From Eremomyces bilateralis CBS 781.70 (taxonomy: Eukaryota): 64,000 nt of DNA. The position numbers and the translations under genes were made by a program. Where the stretch lies: NCBI GenBank assembly GCA_010015585.1, contig ML975170.1; one strand, written 5' to 3'. A model generated the notes under the pieces. That model ran no database searches and was not told where the DNA came from. It saw only the letters and a program-made list of their open reading frames with translations. Of the stretch, positions 63,376 through 64,000 are shown one piece after another. Each line of letters opens with the position of its first letter. Position 1 is the stretch's first letter.

Positions 63376-64000
63376 CGCGGCTAGGGCAGTTGGTTTTACG
63401 CTTGGAGAATGGCAATTGGACGCCCCAGGTCACCGGCGATATTTCCGCTGGTGCTCGATTCGACGATTACTCCGTGTCGTGCTGAGAAGATAGGCGTCTC
63501 GAAGCAGTGGAGAAAACGGGGACAGATAATAGCCGGAGAAACAAATAGGAAGAATATACGGTAGCAGCCGCTCACAACAGATGTGGTGATGAAGGCGTCA
63601 AGTGCATCTGTTGGTGATATTGCCAGGAGCGGCTAATCATTTCAGTTGCTGAGAATTGGCTTTAACCGGTCGAACACGTCGAAATGAGTCATTTTGATCC
63701 ATACTACATTGCTTTTGAATCCGATAATATTCATGAGCCATATACTTGCTAGTAGTGGTTTGCTGAAAAGATATACTATTAGCGACGCCGTTTTGTATAA
63801 TCAGCGCCCTGTCGACCTCTTCTTCTAAACGGCCCTTGAAATGGCCCATGTCCATCGATATACACCACCGGATCCGGTGTACTTCTCCTGCATACCCCAT
63901 ATCCGGTGGTCTCCAATGTCAACCAAAACATCCCCAATGCGTTGTTGCCACGCAAACAGTCATCCGCGTTCGCCCCTCCTCCGACCGGAAGGGAATGAAA

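Overview
Eukaryotic, intron-containing DNA from a filamentous ascomycete (Pezizomycotina). The evidence is short GT-AG introns with CTRAC-type branch sites and fungal-type orthologues. About 20 protein-coding genes can be reconstructed across introns: Miro/GEM1, an Smr protein, a CreD-like arrestin beside CreC, CDK1, an AlkB oxygenase, a GH18 ENGase-like protein with a UBA-like tail, an HSL-family esterase, a probable catabolic cluster (FAD monooxygenase, small conserved protein, DUF3500, FAH-family hydrolase, with a MULE/FAR1-type DNA-binding gene inside it), vigilin, neutral trehalase, IFRD, MBF1, HP1, CCT5 and a CCCH/CHY zinc-finger gene. Also present are an intron-containing tRNA-Asp, a decayed APH-like kinase gene, and a 783-bp non-autonomous TIR element with an 8-bp TSD. 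The most striking unexplained structure is a 1.84-kb GC-AG intron in the CHY gene (57936-59774) full of nested inverted repeats, which suggests a large structured ncRNA. Telomerase RNA is one candidate, but no canonical template is visible. Oversized structured introns also occur in neighbouring CCT5. All family assignments come from motif recognition by eye; no database search or folding program was run.
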